Assembly (NCBI GenBank): GCA_030603365.1
Contig: JAUVXV010000007.1
Location: 76,616-140,615 of the forward strand
Direction: 5' to 3'
DNA length: 64,000 nucleotides
Source: Candidatus Heimdallarchaeota archaeon
Lineage (GTDB): Archaea > Asgardarchaeota > Heimdallarchaeia > Heimdallarchaeales > Heimdallarchaeaceae
The position numbers and the translations under genes are program-made. Below, piece after piece: positions 1 through 8,568 of the stretch. How positions within the stretch are numbered: position 1 is the stretch's first letter; each line of letters starts with the position of its first letter. The notes beneath the pieces are model-generated. The model had not been told where the DNA came from, made no database searches, and saw only the letters and a list, made by a program, of their open reading frames with translations.

Positions 1-861
1 CTGTTTAAACCATATTTTGGCTTTTGGGTTCTTTTTGAATCTGTACTTTTGAATATTTGAAGCCCTAAAAATCCAAAGAGAGATAAGATAAGCAACACAT
101 AAAAAGATTATAACAAAATTACTGAAAGCGATTTCTTGAGTAATAATGAACCATCCACCTATAGAATAGAAAAATGGCACATAAACTGTATCTCCCCAAG
201 CAAGCATAAATCCAAAATTCTCAGACATTACATCCCAAGTAGAGAGCATAAACTCTTCGAATATGTAATGTGTAAAAAGATACCCCCACCAAAATGCTTG
301 GTATAACCACATCTGAGGAAGAACATACCCTAGATTATTCAGCTGAGTGAATAGAAAACTCCAGTTTAAGATTGACAAACCTATCAATGAGGGCTGATAT
401 GCAAACATTTTCAGATCTACTCCCCACCATGTAGGATTCAATTCAGAACCAAACCAGATGTCATGGAGAATGCCCTTCAAACCTTTTCTTCTATCCTTTC
501 CTTGTTTTCTTCTTCCTAAGAAGAATAGTAAAATTGTCCACAATACAGCATAACAATTAGCCACAATTAGAAGCGACCAAAATCGTATAGTAATATACTC
601 AAGATTCCAAATGAAGGACGATACTTTCTCGTAGAGTACAAAAACAAGTAAAGCTACAAAAGTGAAAAGAAGAAATAAAATAAGACCAGTAAGTTTATAC
701 TCTTTTTTGGTTCCATTTTTTAAGATTTCACCTATTCCTTTGATTCCAGGGAGAAATTTAGCTCCTAGAAACATTATAACAATAAATATGGTAATCATTG
801 CTAAAGCTGTTAGAAGGTTCCAAGGAGTAACAGGAAGCATTAATTCTAGAATACCAGCCAT
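1..861 (-). CDS. ERG4/ERG24-family (sterol C14/C24/delta7-reductase-like) polytopic membrane protein. Only the N-terminal 287 codons are present; the C-terminus lies left of the window.
   Basis: Absent from the ORF track because it runs off the edge. Manual minus-strand translation from the ATG (complement of 859..861) gives MAGILELMLPVTPWNLL... The blocks GSELNPTWWGVDLKMFAYQPSLIGL, ENFGFMLAWGDTVYVPFFYS and LWIFRASNIQKYRFKKNP match the hallmark blocks of the ERG4/ERG24/7-DHCR family. There is no stop in 287 codons of AT-rich DNA. Confidence 0.8.
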   Translation of the reverse strand, partial: MAGILELMLPVTPWNLLTALAMITIFIVIMFLGAKFLPGIKGIGEILKNGTKKEYKLTGLILFLLFTFVALLVFVLYEKVSSFIWNLEYITIRFWSLLIVANCYAVLWTILLFFLGRRKQGKDRRKGLKGILHDIWFGSELNPTWWGVDLKMFAYQPSLIGLSILNWSFLFTQLNNLGYVLPQMWLYQAFWWGYLFTHYIFEEFMLSTWDVMSENFGFMLAWGDTVYVPFFYSIGGWFIITQEIAFSNFVIIFLCVAYLISLWIFRASNIQKYRFKKNPKAKIWFKQ

Positions 862-1203
862 CTTATTCACCTAATAGATAACTAATCTTTCAGAGCTTGC
901 TTAAAATTGTTATCCATGATATCTGTTCTTACTATTATAGCATTAACCTCAATTTCACTTATAAGAAACGAATGAGCTACTTTATTACAAAGTCATGAAG
1001 TTTGTAAGCCAAAGAAGGGTGATAAAATAAAATTGGAAACTGCTCAAGAAGTTTGTTTAGAGATGAGAGAAGGAAAAGCTAAAGGGATATGGAAAATGCA
1101 ATGCTACTTCTGCAATAAAATAGCTAAGAACAATCCCAAAAAATACTGTTATTACAATAAACCTAATTATTCTGGTTGTAACATCATGATGAGTTATTGT
1201 CAT

Positions 1204-1220
1204 CTTGTCATATTGACAAG
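1204..1220 (-). other. Perfect hairpin (7-bp stem, 3-nt loop: cttgtca tat tgacaag) about 28 nt downstream of the tnpB stop. It is a candidate omega-RNA/right-end structure or a terminator.
   Basis: The inverted repeat was read directly from the sequence. Its position relative to the tnpB 3' end fits where TnpB guide-RNA scaffolds and IS right ends lie. Confidence 0.35.
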
Positions 1221-1248
1221 AACAGTTAAATTTCTTTCTTAGAGGTCA

Positions 1249-2508
1249 TCACATAGTACATGAGAGGTGTTCTATGCTCACTCTGAGGGGATACATCACG
1301 TATCCTCCTACCCCGTTCACACTCCTTTTAGGAAGCGCTTTCGGATCGCTTTTAACTAAAATGTTGTAAGCAGCATTCACATCAGCATTGATGAGGTGTC
1401 CTTGAGCAGATTTGAACAATCCCCGTTTGACTCTTTTTCCTGCATACTTCTTTCTAAATTGCGGGAATTCGTTATCAAGAAAACTATTTTTAGAAGTGTA
1501 TTGCTCAGGAATGAGTTCAACCTTTATCCCCCTCTCTGCTGCTTTATATTTCAGCATGTTGATAATCCGCATAAAGGGGATGGAAACAAACATTTGGGTG
1601 ATCTTTTTCCAGAAATGCACTCCTTGCTTCCACTTCTCGTTATAGCCGATGATCACCTCATGAAGCTCTCGTTCCACCCACAGTTCTACCAAGTAATGGC
1701 TGAGCTTATGGATAGCATCTTTGAGTTTCTTCCTCCACTTCTCTCGAAGCGTGTAGAAAACTGTTCCGTACTTCAATTTGTTCTTCGCTTTCAGCTGCTG
1801 TCTTTGCTGTTGCACATATTGTTCTCGTAATTGTGTTTGTTTTTTCAGATAATACTGGGTAATTGATTTTATTCCTTTCCCCTCGTCCTTGATAACAATC
1901 GGCTGATTCCCGAGGTTATCCACAAAGGTTACAAGGTTATGCATCCCTAAATCGATAGCTCCTTTTCTTCTAGGTCGTCTCCTTAGTTTGGGCATATTCT
2001 TCATATAAACTAGTTCGATGGTATATCCTACTCTTCTAGGAACTATTCTCACTTCCCGCAGTTTGGTACCAGCAGTTAATCTTGTTTTATAATGAAAACC
2101 TACTTTCTTAGGCAACACTAGCCAGCTATTCTTAATCCTTGCTTGTTGGTTGGTGAAGATTGCTACCACCTCCCCATCTTTGGTTTTGTAATTGGGTGGA
2201 TGGGGCATGGCAAAAAATGCTGCAGGATTGTTTTTCCACTCCTTCAATGCTTGAAAGTACCCTTTCCAATTCCTAGATAGAAGTTTAAGCGTGTGTTGTG
2301 CAGTGTGAGCAGGAAGCACCTTGTAGCACTCTTCTCCTTTAAGGAGAGTGTTAAGGTCGGAGTAGAAGAGTAGTGTTTTTGTCTTCTTCAGAGAAGTTTT
2401 GATCAGAAAATTCGCTCGATTATAGAGATTTTTGACTCGATGACAGAGCTTGCTTAACGCAGGATGATAAGATACTTCTATACACTCTACACGTAAAGCT
2501 TGCACCAT
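1249..2508 (-). CDS. tnpB: TnpB / IS605 OrfB-family RNA-guided endonuclease-like transposon protein
   Basis: 419 aa. The RuvC-I context is RKGAIDLGMHNLVTFVD and the RuvC-II region is HEVIIGYNEKWKQG. The C-terminal block is EQYTSKNSFLDNEFPQFRKKYAGKRVKRGLFKSAQGHLINADVNAAYNILV, with the conserved TSK and ADVNAA motifs. The usual CxxC...CxxC zinc finger between TSK and ADVNAA has no cysteines here. Confidence 0.9.
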   Translation of the reverse strand: MVQALRVECIEVSYHPALSKLCHRVKNLYNRANFLIKTSLKKTKTLLFYSDLNTLLKGEECYKVLPAHTAQHTLKLLSRNWKGYFQALKEWKNNPAAFFAMPHPPNYKTKDGEVVAIFTNQQARIKNSWLVLPKKVGFHYKTRLTAGTKLREVRIVPRRVGYTIELVYMKNMPKLRRRPRRKGAIDLGMHNLVTFVDNLGNQPIVIKDEGKGIKSITQYYLKKQTQLREQYVQQQRQQLKAKNKLKYGTVFYTLREKWRKKLKDAIHKLSHYLVELWVERELHEVIIGYNEKWKQGVHFWKKITQMFVSIPFMRIINMLKYKAAERGIKVELIPEQYTSKNSFLDNEFPQFRKKYAGKRVKRGLFKSAQGHLINADVNAAYNILVKSDPKALPKRSVNGVGGYVMYPLRVSIEHLSCTM

Positions 2509-2692
2509 CAGTCTTTTACCTAGAATTTCCTATAAAAACTCCAGTAATATCTCGTTCCAAAGTGTCTTTCAAAGTGATCTCTTGTACACATAAGATGACA
2601 GGATGACAAAATTTCTTTATAAATAGTTATCTTAAAAACAGAAAGATTAGATTTGTTACAAGACAGAACAATATTTATAAATTCTCAGTAAA

Positions 2693-3886
2693 ATGAGAAT
2701 TAGATATTGTATTGATGAGAATAAATTAAAGGTTAGAATGATGATAAAAAAAACTTCAATTATGCTTCTTCTAGTTTTCACATCTTTAGTGATTAATCAG
2801 AATTCAATTAGAGGAGAGATTGAGCTCGATTTAATTCCTATAGATTTTAAATTTGTTCATGCAACAAGATCGGATTTAGGAGATCAAGTTCATGTAGAAT
2901 TTAATGATACGCTCATGCCAGATAACCAAGTTTATGGTCCTGATGATGAAGTTTGGTTCAGTTTTACTATGGATGTTGCCGAATTCAGGTTGGATCCTCA
3001 ACAAGAAGTTGATTATAGCCAGGCAGATTATTGGTTCTTTGCCGAAGAAGACGAATTTGGTGTTTATAATGAGACTAGATTCCAAGGTGTTCTTAATTTA
3101 TATCTAGATAGAAATGATTTTGGTTTATCAAATATTCATAACTTCGGTGGAACAATAAACACAACTCAGGATTTATTACAATTCTATTTAACTCCTGGTT
3201 GGCATTTACTAACAGTTTTTGCAGCTGAATACGTTTCTGATCCAACAAGAACTGTAATGTATTGGCAAACATCAAAGGATGAGAAATGGTTCTATATTTC
3301 TGCAGATACGACAAGTGAACCCCCTGTAAGAGAAAGCTCAGAAGACACTGTTACAGTTAAAGCTAATCCTCTTAATAACACTGAATGGAATCCTTCATTT
3401 GATTGGAACTTTCTTAATATCTGGCCACGAGCTGAGAGAACAGATGGAACATCTATAGAACAAACATTAAATCAAGAAGGACAAGTTGCTAGAGTAGAAG
3501 CCAATTATAATGTAACTACAAGCTCATTATGGCTAAATGAAACAAATGAGGAAGGAAGACCACAGGCAGTTTATTATGATTCTACACATATGGGTGAGGG
3601 GGGCATTTTTTGGTGGATAAATGATGGACCTGTTACAAGTGAACTTGAAACAAGTTTCGAGCTCAACAAAGGTGTTAACTTCATTTACTTTGCAGCTGTA
3701 GGTTTTAGAGTTTACTTCACATTGGTCTATGATCCATTACTTCTACCTAGAGCAGATGTAGATAGTAATGTGTTTATTGTAGAGAATAATATTCCACTTC
3801 CATCACCATTTGGATTCGAAAGTTTTGTATTAGCTTTAGCAGTTTTTGCAACAATTAGTCTCTATGTAAAGAGGAAAAGAAATTAA
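2693..3886 (+). CDS. Secreted or surface-anchored hypothetical protein with an N-terminal signal/TM segment and a C-terminal TM anchor
   Basis: The likely real start is MMIKKTSIMLLLVFTSLVINQ at about 2738. The body is acidic and Asn/Thr-rich with several N-x-T/S sequons. The C-terminus is PSPFGFESFVLALAVFATISLYVKRKRN: a PGF-like motif, then a TM helix, then a basic tail. Confidence 0.7.
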   Translation: MRIRYCIDENKLKVRMMIKKTSIMLLLVFTSLVINQNSIRGEIELDLIPIDFKFVHATRSDLGDQVHVEFNDTLMPDNQVYGPDDEVWFSFTMDVAEFRLDPQQEVDYSQADYWFFAEEDEFGVYNETRFQGVLNLYLDRNDFGLSNIHNFGGTINTTQDLLQFYLTPGWHLLTVFAAEYVSDPTRTVMYWQTSKDEKWFYISADTTSEPPVRESSEDTVTVKANPLNNTEWNPSFDWNFLNIWPRAERTDGTSIEQTLNQEGQVARVEANYNVTTSSLWLNETNEEGRPQAVYYDSTHMGEGGIFWWINDGPVTSELETSFELNKGVNFIYFAAVGFRVYFTLVYDPLLLPRADVDSNVFIVENNIPLPSPFGFESFVLALAVFATISLYVKRKRN

Positions 3887-3908
3887 AATCTTTTCTCTTC
3901 AAATTCTT

Positions 3909-4085
3909 TTATTTTTCGTTATTTTTCTTTTCAGATAATTGTAACCAGTTTCCTTCAATATCCTGAAATGTTGCGACAAGAGTTCGACTAACATCTCTTA
4001 TTTTGTTTGAAGCATGTTGAAGCCGATTTAGATTACGACAAACCACCTGATGAAGCACCTTCCCTTTATGTTGAATAAATTTCAT
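3909..4085 (-). CDS. Possible small protein (58 aa), hypothetical
   Basis: Manual translation gives MKFIQHKGKVLHQVVCRNLNRLQHASNKIRDVSRTLVATFQDIEGNWLQLSEKKNNEK. It falls below the ORF-track cutoff and I recognise no homology. It sits in an otherwise empty 322-nt gap. Confidence 0.25.
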   Translation of the reverse strand: MKFIQHKGKVLHQVVCRNLNRLQHASNKIRDVSRTLVATFQDIEGNWLQLSEKKNNEK

Positions 4086-4208
4086 CTCCTGAAACAGTAC
4101 TCAAAACTGAGAATTATGATTAATTTATTCACCTTTTCTTTTTTTTGAAATATTAATCAAAAGAAAAGTCTTAATTATATATTCTTTTTATTGAGGTTGT
4201 GATCATAT

Positions 4209-5345
4209 TTGAAAATCATAGTTTTAGGTGCAGGTTTAGTAGGAAACATAATTGCTTTGGACTTAGCGGAAAATCCTGAAAACAGAGTTGCTGTTGCAGA
4301 TATAAATCAAAATGCACTCAACCAACTGAGTGAAAAAGCTGACATCCAAACAGTATTTGCGGATTTATCAAATAAAGACATGATTAAAGACATAATAGAA
4401 GAGTATGACTTAGTAATTGGTGCGCTTCCAGGTTTTATGGGTTATGAAACACTAAAAACTGTAATTGAAGCTGGAAAGAACACTATTGATATTTCCTTCT
4501 TTGAAGAAGATCCCTTTAGCTTAGATGAACTAGCCAAAGAGAATAATGTGACAGCTGTAGTTGATTGCGGTGTTGCTCCTGGATTAAGTAATATTGTTCT
4601 TGGTCATGTTGATAATCTCCTAGATACTACAGAGAATTTTTTATGCTATGTTGGTGGATTACCTCAAGTAAGAGAATGGCCATTCGAGTATAAAGCACCA
4701 TTTTCCCCGACAGATATAATTGAAGAATATACACGGTTAGCTCGATATATAGAAGATAGAGAAGTCGTTATCAAACCAGCTCTTTCAGATCCTGAATTAA
4801 TAGAATTTCCAGAAATTGGAACTCTTGAAGCTTTCAATACAGATGGATTAAGAACACTCTTGAGAACCATGGATATTCCTAATATGAAAGAAAAAACTAT
4901 GAGATATCCAGGACATATTGAAAAGATGAGAATGTTAAGAGAAACAGGATTTTTCGATAAAGAACCTATAGAAATCAATGGCAAGAAAATAATACCTTTA
5001 GAGTTGACTTCTAGGCTTCTTTTTAAAAGCTGGAAAATGGAGAAAGGAGATAAAGATCTTACAGTTATGAGAATCATAGTAGAAGGGACAAAAGATGACA
5101 AAAATCTAAGATATGTTTATGATATGTTAGATATGTACGATGAGGAAAAAGAAACAATTTCAATGGCCAGAACAACTGGTTATACTTGTACAGCAACAGC
5201 TGAACTTGTTGGAAAAGGAGCTTTTAATAAAAAAGGCATAATTCCTCCTGAAATTGTAGGTAAGAATCTCGAAGCATATGAATCAATAATAGATTATCTC
5301 AAGGAAAGAAAAGTAGTTCTCCATGAAAGAGTAGAAGAGATTTAA
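4209..5345 (+). CDS. Saccharopine dehydrogenase-like NAD(P)-binding oxidoreductase (LYS9/COG1748-like)
   Basis: TTG start. The Rossmann motif MKIIVLGAGLVGNIIALDL is present, along with DCGVAPGLSN and the C-terminal saccharopine-dehydrogenase-type domain. Confidence 0.8.
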   Translation: MKIIVLGAGLVGNIIALDLAENPENRVAVADINQNALNQLSEKADIQTVFADLSNKDMIKDIIEEYDLVIGALPGFMGYETLKTVIEAGKNTIDISFFEEDPFSLDELAKENNVTAVVDCGVAPGLSNIVLGHVDNLLDTTENFLCYVGGLPQVREWPFEYKAPFSPTDIIEEYTRLARYIEDREVVIKPALSDPELIEFPEIGTLEAFNTDGLRTLLRTMDIPNMKEKTMRYPGHIEKMRMLRETGFFDKEPIEINGKKIIPLELTSRLLFKSWKMEKGDKDLTVMRIIVEGTKDDKNLRYVYDMLDMYDEEKETISMARTTGYTCTATAELVGKGAFNKKGIIPPEIVGKNLEAYESIIDYLKERKVVLHERVEEI

Positions 5346-5401
5346 TTACTTTTTTACCAAAAACATTTAACACTTTCCTTTTATTATTATCTTAGTAGAT
5401 A

Positions 5402-6460
5402 ATGAATTCAGTGTCAAATCCTTGTTCTATGGTTAAACAAGGTTTTCCCGCAGGTTCTTGTTTGGTTCAGACTAGTTCTTTAGAGAAAGGAAGAGCTTGT
5501 GATTTAACTTTAAGAATTAATGAAGAAGGGGGTTACGAGAGAGTGATAAAATCTATCCATCTTTCTAGACCTGAAGACTATCTCTCAATTTACCAAAGTG
5601 GATGTAATCATACATGCAAGAAATGCCATTCTCATGAGTTCAGTAAGCATGTTAATGGAGATTGGATGAGTAGTGATGATATTGCAAATAAAGCGATAGA
5701 ATACGCAAGACATGTTACTGTTTATGAACCTAAAGAACGAGCAACCAGCTGGCATGCCCAACAGCTTTGTAAACATTGTGGATCATGTGTCCTTACTGGT
5801 GAGTACTCTCCAAAGTGCCCAAGAAAACTAAAGAAGGAACAAATAGTGTTGAGCCCTCAAGGTTTTGGACCAGCAAGAAACATAATTGCTTTTACTGGTG
5901 GAGACATAATGTGTAAACCAGAATTCTATACTCAAACAGCTGAAAAAATCAAAGCTGAAGAGGAGAATCTATTGATATTATTGGAGACTAATGGGTATGG
6001 TTTAACACCAAAGAATCTAGAGAAATTCGCTTCAGCTGGTATAGATTCCTTCTGGTTGGATATTAAAGCATATTCTGAAAGTATATATCAAAATCTCTGC
6101 GGAACAACAAACAAACATATTTTAGAAAGTGTTCAAAATATCAAAGATTTAGGGTTTACACTCGAAATATTAACTCTTTTTATTCCTTCAATTGTAGAAA
6201 CGGACGAACATAAGAAAATAGCTAAACTAATTGTTGATGTAGATGCAACTATTCCTACAACTTTACTTGCTTTCTTTCCTTGTTTTGAACTTAACAGTCC
6301 TTTATACAGGGGACCTAATGTTTCTGAAATGGCTAAAAGTTTTGAGATTATGAAAGAGATAGGAGTAAAAAACCTTCGAATGGGTAATTTAGGGGTTTTC
6401 ATGAAGAATCAGAAAGATATGGATTTTCTCGAAACAAAATTTGGGAAAAATTTCTACTAA
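5402..6460 (+). CDS. Radical SAM domain protein
   Basis: The CxxxCxxC cluster motif is GCNHTCKKCHS. FTGGDIMCKPEF is a SAM-binding GGE-like motif. The TIM-barrel-like remainder is present. Confidence 0.8.
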   Translation: MNSVSNPCSMVKQGFPAGSCLVQTSSLEKGRACDLTLRINEEGGYERVIKSIHLSRPEDYLSIYQSGCNHTCKKCHSHEFSKHVNGDWMSSDDIANKAIEYARHVTVYEPKERATSWHAQQLCKHCGSCVLTGEYSPKCPRKLKKEQIVLSPQGFGPARNIIAFTGGDIMCKPEFYTQTAEKIKAEEENLLILLETNGYGLTPKNLEKFASAGIDSFWLDIKAYSESIYQNLCGTTNKHILESVQNIKDLGFTLEILTLFIPSIVETDEHKKIAKLIVDVDATIPTTLLAFFPCFELNSPLYRGPNVSEMAKSFEIMKEIGVKNLRMGNLGVFMKNQKDMDFLETKFGKNFY

Positions 6461-6496
6461 ATTGTAAAACAAATTGACAAAACATATAAATTCTTA

Positions 6497-7894
6497 ATGA
6501 ACTCTTCATTGAGTAGCATGATTAAGCCATTAACAGCGATTCTTATTGGGGCTGGAGAGAGGGGGGCTGATGTTTTTGGAGAATACGCTTTGAGAAACCC
6601 AGACGAAATAAGATTTATTGCAGTAGCAGAACCGCTGGATAAACGAAGAAATTCTTTTTCATCAAAACATTTTATCGAACAAAAAAATTGTTTTAAAAGT
6701 TGGGAACAATTATTTGAAAAGGACAAGTTTGCAGATGTTGTCATAGTAACAACACAAGATCAACTACATTTTCAACCAGCTATTTTAGCAATGAAAAAAG
6801 GATATGATGTTCTCTTAGAAAAACCAATGGCCACTACTTTAGAGGAATGTAAGGAATTGGTAAATGTTTCTGAAAAGACTAGTCAAATTCTGCAAATAGG
6901 TCATGTTTTACGATATACTCCTTTTTTCTCTTCTATCAACAACCTGATAGTTTCAGGGAAGATTGGTGATTTAGTAAATATTTCTCTCAGAGAAAATGTA
7001 GCTTCTTTCCACTATTCCCATTCTTTCGCTAGAGGTAACTGGCATAATAGAGATAAATCAAGTCCCATGATCCTAGCTAAATCTTGTCATGATCTAGATA
7101 TTCTATTCTGGTATGCAAACTCCCGTGCAAGCAAAATAAGTTCTTTTGGCTCTCAAGCTCATTTTGGGAAGAGTAACATGCCTGAAGGAGCTCCAGAATT
7201 TTGTATTGAAGGATGTCCCATTTCTAAGAGTTGTCTATATCATGCACCTCGGATCTATCTAGATATAATTCCACTACTTCAGATTGCTAAACAAGGAAGT
7301 AAAGGATTTACAAGATTCATTGCTAAAGCAGTTTTGAGATTTCCTAGGTTGAAAAATATCCCCCCTTTCACCAAAATACGAGATTATTCGGGTTGGCCTG
7401 TAAGTGCAATATCAGATGATTTGTCAGTTGAAGGAAAGAAGAAAGCATTGCAATCAAACAATTATGGTAGGTGTGTTTATAGAATCACTGATCATGATAC
7501 AGTAGATCATCAAGTTGTAAATGTAGAATTTGAAAACAAAGTAACGGCTACTTTCACTATGCAGGGTTTTTCTCATGAAGAAGGTAGAACATTAAGAATA
7601 GATGGAACAAAAGGCACAATAATTGGTGAATTTCTACATTCAGGAGATAAAATCACTTTCAATGATTCTTTGACTGGAAAGGAAGAAGTTATTCGTAAAA
7701 CTGGAATGTCAGATGGTCATGGTGGTGGAGATGAAGGTATAATGAAAGCTTTCATTAGAAATGTTGGTGGGGAGGATAGAACAAAAGTTTTAACAGATGC
7801 AAGAGCATCTTTAGAATCTCATCTTATGGCGTTTGCAGCAGATATTTCAAGATTAGAAGAAAGGGTAGTTAAGATGGATGAAATGAGAAAATAA
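6497..7894 (+). CDS. Gfo/Idh/MocA-family oxidoreductase
   Basis: The N-terminal Rossmann motif is ILIGAGERGADVFGEYA and the EKP motif is VLLEKPMATTLEE. There is a Cys-containing insert, EFCIEGCPISKSC. Confidence 0.85.
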   Translation: MNSSLSSMIKPLTAILIGAGERGADVFGEYALRNPDEIRFIAVAEPLDKRRNSFSSKHFIEQKNCFKSWEQLFEKDKFADVVIVTTQDQLHFQPAILAMKKGYDVLLEKPMATTLEECKELVNVSEKTSQILQIGHVLRYTPFFSSINNLIVSGKIGDLVNISLRENVASFHYSHSFARGNWHNRDKSSPMILAKSCHDLDILFWYANSRASKISSFGSQAHFGKSNMPEGAPEFCIEGCPISKSCLYHAPRIYLDIIPLLQIAKQGSKGFTRFIAKAVLRFPRLKNIPPFTKIRDYSGWPVSAISDDLSVEGKKKALQSNNYGRCVYRITDHDTVDHQVVNVEFENKVTATFTMQGFSHEEGRTLRIDGTKGTIIGEFLHSGDKITFNDSLTGKEEVIRKTGMSDGHGGGDEGIMKAFIRNVGGEDRTKVLTDARASLESHLMAFAADISRLEERVVKMDEMRK

Positions 7895-7956
7895 AGGATT
7901 AGTTTGACGATAAATACAAATAACCAAAAGAAATTATAGTTATAAGGGAAGAATGC

Positions 7957-8568
7957 TTGATGATACAAAATATAATTATAACACATCATAGTGGGCTACC
8001 TCTTTTTGGACGATCGTTAATGTGCCATATAGGAGTGCATTGTGCAGATTTATCAAAGGATAACACATTTACAGATGAAACTTTGTTGAATTCTGCTCTA
8101 TTAAATGCAATGCTTATTTTTGATCAAGCAAATCCTAATGATTTCCATGAATTTGAAATGGAAAAAGCAAAAACGCTAACATTTCCCACAGAAAAAATTA
8201 CTGTTATAATGTATGCAGATCCAGAAGACAATTTAGAACAATATAAGAACAGATTAAGATTGTTTGCTGACTTGTTTACAAAGCAATATGGGTATCTTCT
8301 AGATGATTTCTCCGGAGATGTCAGCCCATTTGGAGATTTTCAGAATATTATTGTAAAGGAAGGCTTACTTGAAGAAGGAGAAAGATTCAGGAAAAATTGT
8401 GTTGAGTGTACTTATGACAAACATTGTGCATTTAGAATCACTGTTGCCGCACCCAATAAAACATTTAAAGAGATTTTTGATTCTATTTATCCAAGTAGCA
8501 TCTTCAAGAAAATGTGGTTGATTCTTATTGGTATGTTTAAGCCAAAATATTTTCCATTATATTCTTAA
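7957..8568 (+). CDS. Hypothetical protein with an N-terminal roadblock/longin-like module
   Basis: The sequence MIQNIIITHHSGLPLFGRSL...LLNSALLNAMLIFDQ...ITVIMYADPEDN follows the same pattern (beta hairpin, SG-x-P, LL-SGL/A-F helix) as the modules at 13906, 16173 and 35741. The ATG at 7960 is an alternative start. Confidence 0.5.
   Translation: MMIQNIIITHHSGLPLFGRSLMCHIGVHCADLSKDNTFTDETLLNSALLNAMLIFDQANPNDFHEFEMEKAKTLTFPTEKITVIMYADPEDNLEQYKNRLRLFADLFTKQYGYLLDDFSGDVSPFGDFQNIIVKEGLLEEGERFRKNCVECTYDKHCAFRITVAAPNKTFKEIFDSIYPSSIFKKMWLILIGMFKPKYFPLYS

Larger units (their letters stand above)
1100..2560 (-). mobile_element. IS200/IS605-family (IS1341-like) TnpB-only element; the ends are approximate.
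   Basis: tnpB is present without an adjacent tnpA (Y1 transposase). The non-coding flanks are 862..1248 and 2509..2692. I could not define left or right end hairpins or the target site by eye, so the boundaries are a guess. Confidence 0.4.

Noticed and set aside
662-874. 70-aa plus-strand ORF from the track
   Set aside because: It lies almost entirely antisense to the well-supported ERG4/ERG24-like gene (1..861, minus strand). It has low-complexity composition and no motif.
1033-1242. 69-aa Cys-rich plus-strand ORF next to tnpB
   Set aside because: It occupies the tnpB 3' flank, where the omega-RNA and right end are expected. The cysteines form no regular CxxC zinc-binding pattern, and there is no plausible ribosome-binding or promoter context. 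It is probably a chance ORF.
1396-1830. 144-aa and 77-aa plus-strand ORFs inside tnpB
   Set aside because: They are antisense to a gene with clear TnpB motifs. Their translations are Leu/Ser/Phe-rich mirror-frame artefacts.
1249-2508. Calling the TnpB element horizontally acquired on the basis of base composition
   Set aside because: Some 60-nt stretches look more GC-rich than the flanks. Spot counts of neighbouring coding DNA gave overlapping values, so no reliable claim is possible without a windowed GC or codon-usage calculation.
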